A stretch of 64,000 bases of DNA from Octopus sinensis (GCF_006345805.1 NC_043003.1:62992001-63056000), one strand, 5' to 3'. Numbered from the stretch's first letter, positions 22,641 through 37,018 are shown. Numbers and translations: made by a program. Notes: generated by a model not told the origin, from the letters alone.

Positions 22641-24193
22641 CAGGCAATAACAGAGGAATTCAAGACAGGATGCCCCTGGAAGCTCCTCTATGCAGACGAC
22701 CTTGCTCTAATTGCTGAGTCACTATCAGAACTAGAGGAGAAGTTTCAGGTGTGGAAACAAGGATTAGAATTAAAGGGCCTTAGAGTCAACCTAGCTAAAA
22801 CCAAAGACCTTAATAAGCAGGAAGGCAATCAAACTACAAATCCCTTCAGGTAGATGGTCCTGCTCGATCTGTAGAAAAGGTGTAGGTAGAAACTCTATAA
22901 GATGTACCCAGTGTAAGCTATGGACACATAAGAGGTGCAGCAATATCAAAGGAAGGCTAACTAGGAAGATAGTTTTTGTATGTGGCAGATGCTCAGGAGC
23001 AATAAACATTGAAAATGTGCAGAGAACAACTTCTGCCATATTCCAGGGAGAAAAACTAGAAGTAGTTGATAGGTTCCGTTACCTAGTTGATCATGTCAGT
23101 AGTGGGGGAGGGTGCACTGAAAGTGTGGCTGCTAGAATAAGAATAGCCTGGGCAATGTTCAGAGGGCTCTTACCTCTGCTGGTTACAAAGGGCCTCTCGC
23201 TCAGAGTAAAAGGTAGACTGTATGATGCATGTGTATGAACAGCCACACTACATGGCAGTGAAACATGGGCCGTGACTGCTGAGGACATGCATAAGCTCAC
23301 AAGGAATGAAGCCAGTATGATCCGATGGATGTGTAATGTCAGTTTGCATACTCAACAGAGTGTAAGTATCTTGAGAGAAAAGTTGGACCTAAGAAGCATC
23401 ACATGTGGTATGCAAGAGAGATGACTGCGCTGGTATGGTCATGTGGTGAGAATGGATGAGGATAGCTGTGTGAAAAAGTGCCACACCCTGGAGGTTGAGG
23501 GAACCTGTGGAAGACGTGTGATGAAGTGGTGAAGCACGACGTTCGAACATTAGGCCTCACCGAGGCAATGACTAGTGACCGGGACTTTTGGAAATATGCT
23601 GTGCTTGAGAAGACCTGGCAAGCCAAGTGAGACCATAACCTCATGGCCTATGCCAGGGGTGTAAGCAACGCACTTGTGCATACCTTTCCTTCATTTGACA
23701 CAAAACTGTGCTTGCGAAGACCTGTTGAAGCAAGTGAAATTGAAATCGTAATCAAATTCGATGACTGGCATCTGTGCTAGTGGAGCACTAAGAATGCCAA
23801 CTGAGTGTGATCGTTGCCAGAGCAGCAAACTGGCTTCCGTGCTGGTGGCACGTAAAAAGCACCATTCGAACGTGATCATTATCAACGTCACCTTACTGGC
23901 ACATGAAAAAACATTCAAGTAAGTTCATTGCCAATGTCGCTTGACTGGACCTGTGCAGGTGGAATGTAAAAAACACCATTTGAGCTTGGCTGTTGCCAGT
24001 ACTACCTGATGGCACGTAAAAGCACCCACTACACTCTTTGAGTGGTTGGCGTTAGGAAGGGCATTCAGCTGTAGAAACACTGCTAGATTAGATTGGAGCC
24101 TGGTGCAGCCATCTGGTTTGCCAGTCCTCAGTCAAATCATCCAACCCATGATAGAATGGAAAGCGGACGTTAAATGATGATGATGATGATGAT
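22641..24193 (+). mobile_element. 5'-truncated RTE LINE, older, frameshifted; same family as 17931..20564
   Basis: [27 protein letters not shown]; GEKLEVVDRFRYL; (GAT)n tail. Confidence 0.9.
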
Positions 24194-25061
24194 ATATATA
24201 CATACATACATACATATATATATACGAGATCTTCTTTCAGTTTCTCTCTACCAAATCCACTCATATGGCTTTGGTCACCCCAAGGCTATGGTAGAAGATA
24301 CTTGCCCAAGGTGCCACACAGTAGGACTGAACCCAGAATCATGTGGCCGGGAAGCAAGCTTCTTACCACACAGCCATACCAACACCTATATATTATATAA
24401 ATTGAAGAAAAATTGTTGCTGTTGAGAATTGTTTGTCGATTATATAGTCAGACATCTCCTGCCTGTATTACCTGTTATTATAAAAGTTTCAGACTCCTCT
24501 ATGATCCACTCATATAATGATATGGTCTGCTTGCTTCTTAACATTGTCTGTGATTAGAAAGCTATACAGTGAACTTGTTATTATTTCTTCATTAATAATT
24601 TAAGATTCAATGTTTACAAGATGGCTCAGTTCACATTGGTTCATTTAAAGTACATCATTGCTCCAAGTCATCTCAATTGTATATAATGTTCTTTATCTGT
24701 TATTTCTACCACTTGTTTCAGTCTTCAGACTGTGGCCATGCTGGAGCAGCGACTTGAAGGGTTTTAGTTGAACAAATCAACTCCAGTAATTAGTTTTCAA
24801 GCCTGACACCTATTCTATCAGTCTCTTTTGCTGCACGGTTAAGTTACATGGATGTAAACAAACCAACATTGATCATCAAGTTATGGGGTGGAGGGACAAA
24901 CCCATACCGAGCTTTCTTTTGTTCATCTTCAACTTTATATTCCCACTTTTGTCTTTTTAACTTGCTGGATTTGGAGAAAGGGGACAGTGCTCATGTCCAT
25001 TACAAGGCCCTTTAGTCCTTTATCATTGAAGTTACTTTGTCAAATGTAATGCTTATTTATT

Positions 25062-25442
25062 CTTTCTTTTATTTGTTTCAGTCATTTTGACTGCAGCCAT
25101 GCTGGAGCACTGCCTTTAGTAAAAAAATTGACCCCAGGACTCATTCTTTGCAATCCCAGTACTTATTCTATCAATCTCCTTTGCTGAACTGCAAATTTAT
25201 GGGGATGTAAACACACCAACAGCGGTTGTCAAGCGATGGTGGGGGAGACAAGCACACATACACACACACACATATATATATATATGACAGGCCTCTTTCA
25301 GTTTCCGTCCACCAAATCCACTCACAAGGCACTGGTCAGCCCAAAGCTGTAGCAGAAGACACTTGCCCAAGGTGCTATACAGTGGGACTGAACCCGAATC
25401 CATGTGGTTGGTAAGCAAGCTACCTACCACACAGCCACTCCT
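25062..25442 (-). mobile_element. tRNA-derived SINE family A, full length
   Basis: Head ggagtggctgtgtggtag...gggttcagtcccac, internal (TA/CA)n, tail gctccagcatggctgcagtcaaaatgactgaaac. Confidence 0.85.
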
Positions 25443-25987
25443 GTTTTGATTTAATCATGCATTATCCCAAAGCTTTAAAATTCTGATTATGTGATAATGT
25501 TTTTTTTAGAAATGACATCATAGGGTCGGTGTAAGAGGCTGGATTTGACTGGTTTGAACATAAAACAGAAAATTTGAGCCTGATATGGTCAGTTTCAATG
25601 ATAAAGGGGCAAGACAAGAAAAACTGATCCCATTAATATTCCTCTTGAACCTTTCCTTTCTAATTCAACACCTGCAGAAAATATAAGCAGAGAGGGATTT
25701 CCTGAGGGTGATCATTCTAGTAACTAATAATCCTTACTGGGTTTCTCGAGTCCTTCATATTTTTAAGCTGGCAGGATGTGACCCTGGTGAGGTTTGGCTG
25801 CTTCTTCTAGTAGATCAAGTGAACACATCGATACTCTGTATAAGTCAGTGGTAACCTGCAGCTCATGCGACTTACTGAATGGCATGCTTAACAAAAAGTC
25901 ACCTTCAAGTTTTTTAGTAGCATGACCCACCTGATGAGCCATGGCCCATGCCGCCCACTTCTCAAGTTTGGCCATAACCAGCTTTTT

Positions 25988-26830
25988 ATGATGATGATGG
26001 TGGTGGTGGTAATAAAAGTGGTGGTGATTGTGGTTGTGGTGGTGGTAGTAGTTGTGATGATGGTGGTGGTGGTGGTTGTGATGGTGGTGGTTGCAATGGT
26101 GGTGATGGTGGTTGTGAAGGTGGTGGTTGTAATGGTGGTGGTTGTGATAGTGGTGGTTGCGATGGTGGTGATGGTGGTGGTGGTTGTGATAGTGGTGGTT
26201 GCAATGGTGGTGATGGTGGTGGTGGTGGGTGGTGGTGGTGGTTGTGAAGGTGGTGGTTGTGAAGGTGGTGGTTGTAATGGTGGTGGTTGTGATAGTGGTG
26301 GTTGCAATGGTGGTGATGGTGGTGGTGGTGGTGGTTGTGAAGGTGGTGGTTATAATGGTGGTGGTTGTGATAGTGGTGGTTGCGATGGTGGTGGTGGTGG
26401 TTGTGATGGTAGCAGTAGTGAAGGTGCTGGTGGTAATTGTGGTGGTGGTGGTTTTAGTTGTGGTAGTGGTGTTGGTAGAGGTGGTAATGGTGGAGGTAGT
26501 GAGGGTAGTAGTTGTGGTTGTTGCTGTGGGGGTGATAGTAGTGGTAGTAGTAATAGTTGTGGTTGTTGTTGGGATGCTAGCAGTGTTGTTGTTGGTGGTA
26601 GTGGTAGTAGTGGTCTTGGTATTGGTAGTAATTGTAGTTGTTGTTGTTGCAGTGATGGTGGCTGTGGTAGTTGTGTGTTGGCAGAAGTGGTGGTATTAGT
26701 GGTAGTGGTGTTAGAATAGTGTTAGTGGTGGTGTTGGTAATGGTGGGAGAGGTGGTGTTGGTGGTAGTTGTGGTCATTATTGTAGTGGTGGTAGTGGTTG
26801 TTGTAAATGGTGTTGGTGATAGCGGAGGTC
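25988..26830. repeat. (GGT)n/(GAT)n low-complexity tract with 15-bp subrepeats
   Basis: ggtggtggttgtgaa/gat/aat units. Confidence 0.9.
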
Positions 26831-27725
26831 ATAGCCTTGATAATAGAAACTATAACAACATCAATGGCAATGATGACAATATTGGAATAACAACACTTCC
26901 CCATTCAAATAACATTGTCTCCAACAGATTATTTGGTGATCAGGAACAAAAATATGTTTTTCTAAAATTCTAAAATTAAGTCTCATTTCTTTTTACATTC
27001 TCTTTACCAAAATTCCAAAATATCATAACTTTTAGCATTCTTTCATCTTTGTAAAAGCTGAAAACAAAATACTTTACGAATTAACAAAAATATATTTTGC
27101 TTTTTTAAAATATTCAAAAATATATAATAAAAATGAATTATTTTTATGATAAAATCTTTTGTTTGTATTTAAGTAGTTTTTCTTCAATCAAGAAAACACA
27201 AACTTCAAAGATTTAGTTGAGAATTTAATAATTTGTTTTATTAATTTAATTTTTGCTGTTTTGAAATAGTTCCATGTTTGTGTTAAGTGAAACTGAGAGA
27301 GATAAAAGTTTTTGTGCTAAGATTTAAAATACCATTATACCTAAGCCACCGGATATATAATAATTATTTCATAATTATTTCTTTTTCAAAGTTTTCTCTT
27401 TCTTGTACATGAAATCATTTAATTTACTTTCTTTTTACCAACCCATCTAAAGACCACCCTCTGGTTCTACGATACAAAACAACTCATTTTGAAATGTTTA
27501 TATTTATATTAAAGCATTTTCTATCATGAGTTTGTGTATGAAATGTTTTCTTAAGGTATGTTCTTAACACCATCTTAACACTGAAAAAAAAAGTTGCTTT
27601 AACAAATACTTCCAAATTCCTGATTATTTTCAAGATTTATTGGAACACACAAAGCAGTGCATTTTTCAGCAGAAATATGGTAATAAAAGGTAAACAAGAA
27701 TGGAAATCATGAATCATAAAATGTA

Positions 27726-28618
27726 CGAGGATAATCCCAAAAGTAGGGTCTCCAAAAATATTTAGAAATCACAGAAACGTTTATTGTCAATGATGTTTAA
27801 ATCATTTTAAAGTTTTGAACATTTATCTATTTTTTTACCTGATCACCATTTCGGTCAATGCATTTTTGTAGGTGCTGGGGCAATTTTTGTATGCCCATGT
27901 CATAGCAGCTCACTGCCATGTTGTTGAGGAAGCAATGAACCTCATCTTTCACCTCGTCATCATTGCTGAAGCATGTTCCAGCCAAATGTTCTGTCAGCTT
28001 AGGGAACAAGTGGTAGTTACTGGATGCCAAGTCCGGACTATTAGGTGGGTTGCTATTTATGGTCTTCAGTGAGCATTCATGGGACCCATCTTGTGCATAC
28101 CTTCCGATATTGCAACTTTTTACTCAAAACCCTATGAATGGTGCTTTGGGAAACTTCAGGAACCAAAATGTAGAAATTATCCAGAGTGATGTGCTGATTT
28201 TCATGCAAGATTTGCTCAACCTTCATGACTGTCTTGTCGGAAATTGATGGTTACCCACTTCTATCTTCGTCATACAATTTCAGTACAACCAGCTGCAATC
28301 TCTCTACACCACCTGCAGATGTTCTTGACATCCATGTACAACTTCCATATACTTCTGTTAATTGGCAATGAATTTCAATCGGCTTAATGCCTTTTGAGTT
28401 CAAAAACCAACTAACTGTGTGAACTTCACACTTGGCAGTAGCGTCAATTGGGAACTGCATCAGATACGACTGTCAAGCAAAGACTGAACATGGCAGCAAG
28501 GCACATGCAGGGTCAGGCACAGGTGCATGCACAACACACACAACAGTGTAGCCAATAGCCAGACGTACAGTTATCCTGCGTCCCCAGCGTTTTGGAGACC
28601 TTACTTTTGGGATTACCC
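27726..28618 (-). mobile_element. Internally deleted mariner (DD34D type) with both TIRs and TA flanks
   Basis: TIR cgaggataatcccaaaagtagggtctccaaa / tttggagaccttacttttgggattaccct; EVHTVSWFLNSKGIKPIEIHCQLTEVYG and NYHLFPKLTEHL...KCIDRNGD. Confidence 0.9.
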
Positions 28619-28918
28619 TTACAGTTAGCATTGTTACTATGAAATAGAATTAAATATAATCTTTTCTTTCTATTTATCTATTATTTTTTTTTGTTTCCGT
28701 CACTAGACTGTGACCATGCTGGGGCATCACCTTGAAGAATTTTATAATGAATCAACCCCAGAACTTTTTTTTTTAACATGACTTGTCTCTTTTTCCAAAT
28801 CACTAGGTTATGGGGATGTAAACACACCAATGCTGGTTGTCAAGTAGCAAGAGGGGATAAACACAGACACAAAGACACATATGCATAGATATTTACACAC
28901 AGACACACACATAGATAC

Positions 28919-29068
28919 GGCTGGTCTGTGAGGTTACCCTGGGTTTCAAGTCCATAAAGCACTTAGCCTAACTGTGTTTCTTCAGACCCTAGAATTTGGG
29001 TCTGATGAAGCACTCTAACGCTAAGTGCTTTGTTGGGGTGAAACCCAGATTAACCTCATAGACTGGCC
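28919..29068. ncRNA. Head-to-head pair of hammerhead-like motifs forming a diverged inverted repeat (family H4)
   Basis: 71-bp arms, 55/71 identical, 8-nt spacer; each arm gggt-CTGA(T/A)GA...GAAA-ccc-a-g; minus arm keeps ACCC(A)GGGT-A and acc stem I. Confidence 0.55.
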
Positions 29069-29177
29069 ACATTTATCTATCTAGCTTTATCTGTATACTC
29101 TATTGCTCTATAACTTAGAGTATGCTTCTTTTTCAGATTTATGATTTACTGATAATATATGTGTATATATCACCATG

Positions 29178-29482
29178 AACACTGTGACCGACCAGGCTAT
29201 CAGATGTTGCTACACATCACTGGTCACAATGCACTTTGCATTGTTTTAGCCTTCAAATGATGCCACCCCGGTGGCTAAGTGAGCAGACCAATAGAAGAAA
29301 GAGTGGGAGAAAGTTGTGGCAAAAGAGTACAGCAGAGATCACCACCACCCCCTGCCGAAGCCTTGTGGAGCTTTTAGGTGTTTTTGCTCAATAAACACTC
29401 ACAATGCCTGGTTTGGGAATCAAAACCGCGATCCTATGACCGTGAGTTCACTGCCCTAACTACTGGGCCATTGTGCCTCCAT
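29178..29482 (-). mobile_element. tRNA-derived SINE (family C related)
   Basis: tggcccagtagttagggcag head, ttgattcc B-box-like, tail shared with 4340..4630. Confidence 0.75.
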
Positions 29483-29497
29483 ATACGTGTATATATA

Positions 29498-29596
<99 letters not shown>

Positions 29597-29621
29597 GATG
29601 GACTTCTTTCATTATTCTACA

Positions 29622-29910
29622 TTATTTACATTTGACAGATATTTGTCCTCATCTTGTTTGTTGTTAACACAATGTTTCGACTGATATACCCTCCAAGCCT
29701 TCATCAGGTGTCTTGGGGAAATTTCGAACATGGTTTCCCATTCCTAAGGTATTTTCCGATGTTATTATTATTATTATTATTATTATATTACATGTTATTA
29801 TTATTATTATTATTATTATTATAATAACATCGAAAAATATCAGCCGAAATGTGTTAACAACTAACAGGATGAGGACAAATATCCGTCAAATGTACACAAT
29901 GTAAATAAGG
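29622..29910 (-). mobile_element. Family H5 element with inverted partial copy
   Basis: 29625-29690 is inverted at 29836-29905; same family as 54731..54970. Confidence 0.75.
29666..29712 (-). ncRNA. Minimal type-I hammerhead-like motif, canonical core
   Basis: gacac-CTGATGA-a-ggct...cagtc-GAAA-CA(CG in the 54.8-kb copy)-T-T-gtgtt. Confidence 0.65.
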
Positions 29911-30290
29911 AAAAATCTGTATAACTTGTATAACTACTTAAATGTTGAAGTGAATCGAACGGCTTTTGTGTGTTTCTTAAATGGCTTACAAACACCTTCC
30001 ACGCTGCAATTGTTTACAATATATCTATAAATATAAATACCGCTTTCAATGTTTTATCAAATTGTGATAACACTGAATAAAAATATTTATGCAGATTTTT
30101 CCTTTCCTGAAGTATGTATACACTTTTTGGTGGACTCTGTATACGTATGTGTATATATCTACCTGGGTGTGTCTTTGTATCTGTCCCAATCCACTGCTTG
30201 ACAGCCAGTGTTGGTTCGTTTACATCCCTGTAACTTAGCAGTTTGGTAAAAGAGACCAATAGAATAAGGTACTAGATTTTAAAAATAAGT

Positions 30291-30752
30291 TGTTTTTTTT
30301 TGTATTTATATACCTAGGCCTATTCCCCATTTTTTTAGGTGGGGGTAGTCACAACTAGACACACACCAGGCATTCCATTCATTTCCCAGCTCAAAGAGGC
30401 AAACCTCATCCTATGCTCAGGTCAAGGCATAGAACGCAACGCCCTGATATCGGAAGTGGGGTCTGACAGCATATGCTGGTTTACCCCCGCCGCATCATGC
30501 TGGTTCCATATCCCTTTGAGCAACAACAAATTCACTCGTCCATCCACAAACACTCTCCGAGCTTTCCTATTACTTATAAACTCTCTTGCCTCTCTCACTC
30601 CAACACCTCTAACCACCAAAACTTTCCTCACTCCATCCATCCACATGAATCGAGGTCTGCTTCTGGTTCTGCTGCCTACCACCTCTGCTTTCATCACCCT
30701 CCTTTCCATCCGCTCCTCATCCATCCTCTCCATGTGGCCAAACCACCTCAAC
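30291..30752 (-). mobile_element. Second RTE-clade family, 3' fragment with 10-bp TSD, inserted in a family A SINE tail
   Basis: LRWFGHMERMDEERMERRVM...RSRPRFMWMDGV; TSD aaaaataagt at 30281-30290 and 30753-30762. Confidence 0.85.
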
Positions 30753-31097
30753 AAAAATAAGTACTGGGAGCAATTTGTTCCACTAAAACCCTTCAATGTG
30801 CTGCCCCAGCATGGCTGCAGTCCAATGACTGAAACAAGTAAAAGATGTTAAATATCTGATATCCTAGTATTTGGTTCTTCACAGATTGAATATTGATGCT
30901 CTAGCAGTCTGTAATTTATGGTAAATATTTGGTGTTTAGAAGAGCATCCAGTTACAGAAATCATGTCAAAGGTAACAGTGGAGCTTGGTACAGTCCTCTG
31001 ATTTACCAGCTCCTGTCAAACCATCCAACCCATGCCAGCATGAAAAATGGGCATTAAACAATGCCAGCGATGGCAACAATGATGACGATGATGATTA

Positions 31098-31345
31098 TTA
31101 AATATCCTGGTATTATGTCATTCCCAGGTTAAATATTCAACATTCTTGTACTCTGTTATTCACATCTTAAATATTCCATATTCTAGTATTCTGTTATTCT
31201 GATGTCAAATATTTGATTTTTCAAGTATTCTGTTATTCACACATTAAATATTTGATATTCTAGTATTTTGTTATTCGCATGTTAAATATTTGGGATTCTA
31301 GAATTTTGCTAGTCACGTTAAATATTTGATATTCAAATATTCCTG
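31098..31345 (+). repeat. Degenerate ~38-bp minisatellite, about 6-7 units
   Basis: Recurring ttaaatatttgatattctagtattctgttattcac. Confidence 0.75.
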
Positions 31346-31788
31346 TTGATTTGTAAAATTAGAGATTGCAAAGTCAAGTAGCAGAAACAGAAATATTTGA
31401 AATATTAATGGTCAGTCCCACAGCATGGTACCTAGGGCAACAGTCTTCTACTATAATCTCGGGCTGACCAAAGCCTTGAGGTAGATGGAAGCTGTCATGT
31501 GTGCATGTGCATGTATATATTTGTGCCTATGTTTACCTCCCACAACTTCTTGACAACCGGTGTTGGTTTGTTTATATTCCCTGTAACATAGCAGTTAAGC
31601 AAAAGAGACCAACAGAATAAAGAACCAGGCACTCTCTTTTACTTTTTTACTTGTTTCAGTCTTTGTAAGCCTAGTACTTATTCTATCGGTCTCTTTTGCA
31701 GAACTGCTAAGTTATGGGGATGTAAACTCACCAGCATCGGTTGTCAAGCGATGTATGGGAGACAAACATAGACACAATTGTGTTACAA

Positions 31789-31937
31789 TGTGTGGTAAGT
31801 AGCTTGCTTACCAACCACATGGTTCTGGGTCCAGTCCCACTGCCTGTCACCTTGATCAAGTGCCTTCTACTATAGCCTTGGGCCAACCAAAGCCTTGTGA
31901 GTGGATTTGGCAGACGGAAACTGAAAGAAGCCTGTTG

Positions 31938-31991
<54 letters not shown>

Positions 31992-32236
31992 TATGTGTGT
32001 GTGTATGCATGTGTGTGTATGTATGTGTGTGTGCTTGTGTGTCTGGGTTTGTCCCCCCAACATTGCTTGACAACTGATGCTGGTATGTTTACCTCCCTGT
32101 AACTTATTGGCTCGGTGAAAGAGACTGGTAGAATAAGTACTAGGCTTATGAAGAATAAGTCCTAGGGTCGATTTGTACGACTAAAAAGATGGTGCTTCAG
32201 CATAGCCGCAGTCAAATTACTAAAACAAATAAGAGC
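31789..32236 (+). mobile_element. SINE family A
   Basis: Head, internal (TG)n and tail as 25062..25442. Confidence 0.8.
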
Positions 32237-33199
32237 ATAAAAGAATAAACATAATAAAACAACAATCCTAGTTACTTTCATAGAGTGGAGTTTGTGACAC
32301 CTTTATACATTCGAGTCTGTTTTCCTTAAATTTCTTTCCTAATTTCACGTTTCGCTTCTAATAACCATGATTACTTTCCACCCTATTAAAATGGTGCATG
32401 TTTCTAGTTTTATAGTCCAAAGTTCCCTGTCATTTTTTATAGTTGTGGTGAGGTTCCCTGCCTCTGATGTTTCATATGATATCTCGTTATTATTGCTATT
32501 AAAATTAAATAGCTCCTTAAGCTTCTAGGTTTAGGTTTTCATTTCTAACCACAATATTCTCCTCTCTTAGTTACATCAGAATTTATGGCACACATTCAAA
32601 TTATGATTCCATACTTTATGAGATAAGAGAAGTGGCTGTGTGATCCTTGAAATTGCTAGAAATATCAGCTGAATCTCTTCACCCCCATCCCCCCACAAAA
32701 TCATACTCTTCTGTCTTAAAAATGAAAACTTTGGACAATATAGTCCTACATACACTCTGCTTTTAACAAAAGAAAAAAAATAGACAGGGGCCAATAATAC
32801 TGCATGAGAGTCATGGTTGGGACATTTTGATCATAGGCCTACTTGGTCAGGATCGATTTGGTGCTAAAAAACAACAACATTGTCGTTGTCCTCATCATCA
32901 TCATCATCGTCATCATCTATCTTCTCCCTTTACCATCCTCCTCTTCATTGTCATCACCATCACATTCTCCTCCTCTTCATCATTGTTATCATTATTACCG
33001 TTCTCCATCCTCTTCCCCCCCTCATCATCACTACCAACAACATGAGCTTTCATTTTACTATTTGTGTATCCACTGATTGGGCTGATTGTATAAAAGGGAT
33101 CAAACATATAATCTATTGATTATGCCCCCACCGGAACTGCATCTTCTTTCCCACTTCAACTCTTCTTTGGTCTTCTGCAATTCGAGAGATATATTTCAT

Positions 33200-33660
33200 A
33201 TTTTACTTGTTTCAGTCATTGGACTGTGGTCATGCTGGAGCATCACCTTAAAAGGTTTTAGTTAAACAGGCTGACTCCAATACTCATTTTTTAAAAGTCT
33301 GGTTCTTAATCTGTTGGTCTCTTTTGTTGTACCGCTAAGTTATGGAGATGTAAACAAACCAACACCTGCTGTTAAGGGATGGTGGGGGTACAAACCTAAA
33401 CCAATCTTCACACACATATACACAAAACCATGCACAAATAAAAACACACTCATAAACACATAAACGCAGACACACATAAACACACACACACACACAAATA
33501 CACACACAACATACATACACATCCAGCAAGTTTCCATCTGTTAAATTCACTCACAAGGCATTGCTCAGCTGGGGCTATAGTAAAAGATACTTTCCCAAGG
33601 TGCCACACTGTGGGACTGAACCTTGAACCATGGTTGCACAAAACTATCTTTTTTAACTAT
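33200..33660 (-). mobile_element. SINE family A, diverged
   Basis: Head and tail blocks recognisable. Confidence 0.75.
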
Positions 33661-34720
33661 ACAAGGATTAAGAAGAAAAAGACCTTCTCTCAAAGTCTGT
33701 AGATTAATTCCAGGATATGAAATTGGTGATCTTCCTGCAGAAGCTCCCACAGCCATTTTTACCTAAACTCATTTGGAGCAGCTTCAAAGAACAGAAGAAA
33801 CAAAAAAAAGAAAAAGAAAAAAAAAAGCTGGGGAGAATTAAGGAATAGCGGAATAGTCCTTCATCAATTCTTACCTTAATATTCAACACATCAAAGCAAA
33901 ACTGTTGTCCAATCAGGTCAGGTCACAGAAATCTTTAAAAACTCTTAACATTAGTTTTGCCCTTTTCACCTCTTCTGTATATAATACCCACAATCCTGAA
34001 TACATGTTTTACTTGTTGATGCGGGTATTTGTGGGTATTTATGCTTTGCTAAACTATTAGTCCGTAAACTATAAGCATAATGCATATCTTTCTATTAATC
34101 TTATAACACCGTGAAGAAGATGATAAATAACACTTATGTTTCATAGTTGAATAGGTGACATTAGGAAGAAGTTCTTCGTTGCAACAAAACATGTTCCAGC
34201 CTCCAATAAATCATGAGAATGTCTGAATTTCTGTAATCAATAAAAATAGGTAAAATTGACTGTGCAATATTTGATATACTCACCTTTATAAGAAGCTGGC
34301 TGGCTATGAATGTGTTAAATGTGTACTAACAAATGATTCCTTCATCATTGTTATGCAAGATAACTTCAACATTTTATAGATAAAAATAAATAAACAGATA
34401 AATAAAAATGAAAAAAAAAACCCATTTAATTTAATGACTGGCTTGAGATTCAGTTTGCAAATTATTATTATTATTATTTTTGTTTTTTTTAACCAAATGA
34501 GCTTAAAAATCTATTTAACATAATGCTGAAAGAAAAAAGAAATAAAATACAACATTGGCTAGAAATAATTATTATTAAGAAAAGGGAAAAGAAGAATGGT
34601 GAGCAGAAATTACTAATCACAATATAAAAGCTGGACAAATTAAAGAAAATTAGAATATCAGTTGAATTACATAGAAAATAATGACAAGAATATTTTCCAA
34701 TCTATTTTAGAGGATTTAAA

Positions 34721-34756
<36 letters not shown>

Positions 34757-34958
34757 TTTTGTTGTTTCAACAAACTTTTATATAACTCAATCAATAAACT
34801 ACTTTCAGATGATGATGATGATCGTGGTGGTGGTTGTAGTGGTGGTGTTAGTGGTGACGACAATGATGATGATGACGACGAGAATGATGATGGTGATGAT
34901 GTTGATGATCATGGTGGTGGTAGTGGTAGCGATAATAATGATAATGACAACAACAGCA

Positions 34959-34990
<32 letters not shown>

Positions 34991-36701
34991 GATGACGACG
35001 ATGATGTTGATGAAGACAACGATGCCGACAATGATGATGCTGATTTCAAGAATTAGTTTTAAAGCAAAATTTGAATTTGGTGAGAGAAGGTAGGTTGGCC
35101 AGTATATCCATCCACTGCTAGATCTGTTGATATTTTTGAGTCCCCCCCCGCCCACATACACCGCCCCAAGCCAAAAATTAATGCAAGAAGAATGTGAGAA
35201 CCATACAGCTGCAGTCACTAAAATCAAAGAACTAACATTGTTGACTAAATATCATTGCCAAAAATATAACTCACAGGATTGGCATGAGGCCACAAAGACT
35301 TCCAGATGTATTCAGTCAATTAAATCAACCTTATCACTTGATTTAGTATATATTTATTGGCCTTTAACAAAAACAAAAAACAAAAATGAACTGACCCTGA
35401 AGGGTTTTGAACTCAGAATGGAAAGGAACATAATTGATTCCCCGACCAACCACTTTATCCCATGGTCTATTGATTTTGTTACTGTATTACCTTAATGTTA
35501 TTTATAAATATGGCCATCCCATTGAACAGAAATAATTGGATGAAGATGTTTTGCTTAATTAGCTTAATATAAAATCTAATCTGTGCTAGCATAGAACATG
35601 GGCATTGAATGATGATGATGATGATGATGATGACGATGACGACAACGATGCTGCTGCTGCTGTTGATAACAATAATGATGACAATGATGATGGTCACAAA
35701 AAGGACGATGGCAGCGGCAGTGGTGGTGGTGATGATGTTGATGCTAGTGGTGGTGGTGGTGGTGGTGGTGATGGTGATAAAGACTTCCATTTCTCTTGGG
35801 GATCAATCTATATTCTTGATTTCATAGAAATAGCCAGCATCAAAAATTTCTGTTGCAACTTGAATAAACAAACAAATGCACACACACACACACACATACA
35901 CACACATGCACACACAAATACACACACATGCACACAACTATTGAACTAACAGAAATACCATTTGAGAAGGAAACAGGTGTCATTATATTTTTTTCAAGGG
36001 GCAAAAAAATCAATAAACGAACATCCATGAATAAGAAGTTTCCCTGATTAAACCGTGTAAGATAACACAGAATCATCCAGGGATAAAGCTGAGCAAAGAA
36101 AACAGGAAAATAAACCACTGGAAAATTCTTGGTTTTGATTAAATACCAAACTTTGAGCTTAACTACTCACATTATTTAATAAACCCTTTAAAATTATCGT
36201 TAAAAATCCAAAAATAGAATCACTTTTTGACACCAATTGTAGAGCTGAACCAAACGTTGTTAAAAATCTTAAGAATCACAAATTATATTTAGGTGTCTAT
36301 CAACTATGTATAAAACTTTTACATCAATAATCATAAGAGATTAAATGAACGTCTACGAGAGAATAACATCATCTGTCAATGAACAATGGAAAAGCATGGA
36401 GAAAAAATAAAACAGAACCTATACAACAAAAATGAATTTGCAATAAGGTAGAATTCTAGTCTTGATAAACAAAAGCACATCTAATGATCATAGGAAAATA
36501 AAATAAAATGTAATCATGACATCAATTAACAACACCCATCCCCAATGAGACACACATTCACACACAACATGTTCAAATGTTTCTTCTGCTTATAATTTCT
36601 GGAAACGCTAGTCATAATTAAGGCAAAACATATATAAATAAATACATTATTCTTACCATATCATGAGGGGAGACAATTCATCTACAAGAATAATAATAAT
36701 A

Positions 36702-36757
<56 letters not shown>

Positions 36758-37018
36758 TAATAACAGCAGCAAAAAAAAGGAAAACAAGTTGTAGACTGTA
36801 AAGTTTTAAGAGTTAGTAAATATGGTCTTTTGTATCACTGTACAGGGAGAAATAATAGTGTTCTTAGAATAAAAAGGAGGATGATGTTTACATTTTCGAA
36901 TACTCAGGGAGAGAAGAAAGGATAAGAATTCACACAGTAGTTGTAGATATTAAGGTTTTTCTCTTTTTTTTAAAGCTGATCATTTGTGTGTTCAAAAGCT
37001 GTAGGTATGTAAGTTTCC

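Noticed and set aside
25763-25975. 70-aa ORF MAKLEKWAAW as a host exon
   Set aside because: No homology recognised; begins directly at a microsatellite edge
25922-26719. 265-aa Val/Gly/Cys-rich ORF (GGGCE repeats) as a structural protein
   Set aside because: Pure (GGT)n-derived sequence, open in several frames on both strands, no signal peptide or splice support
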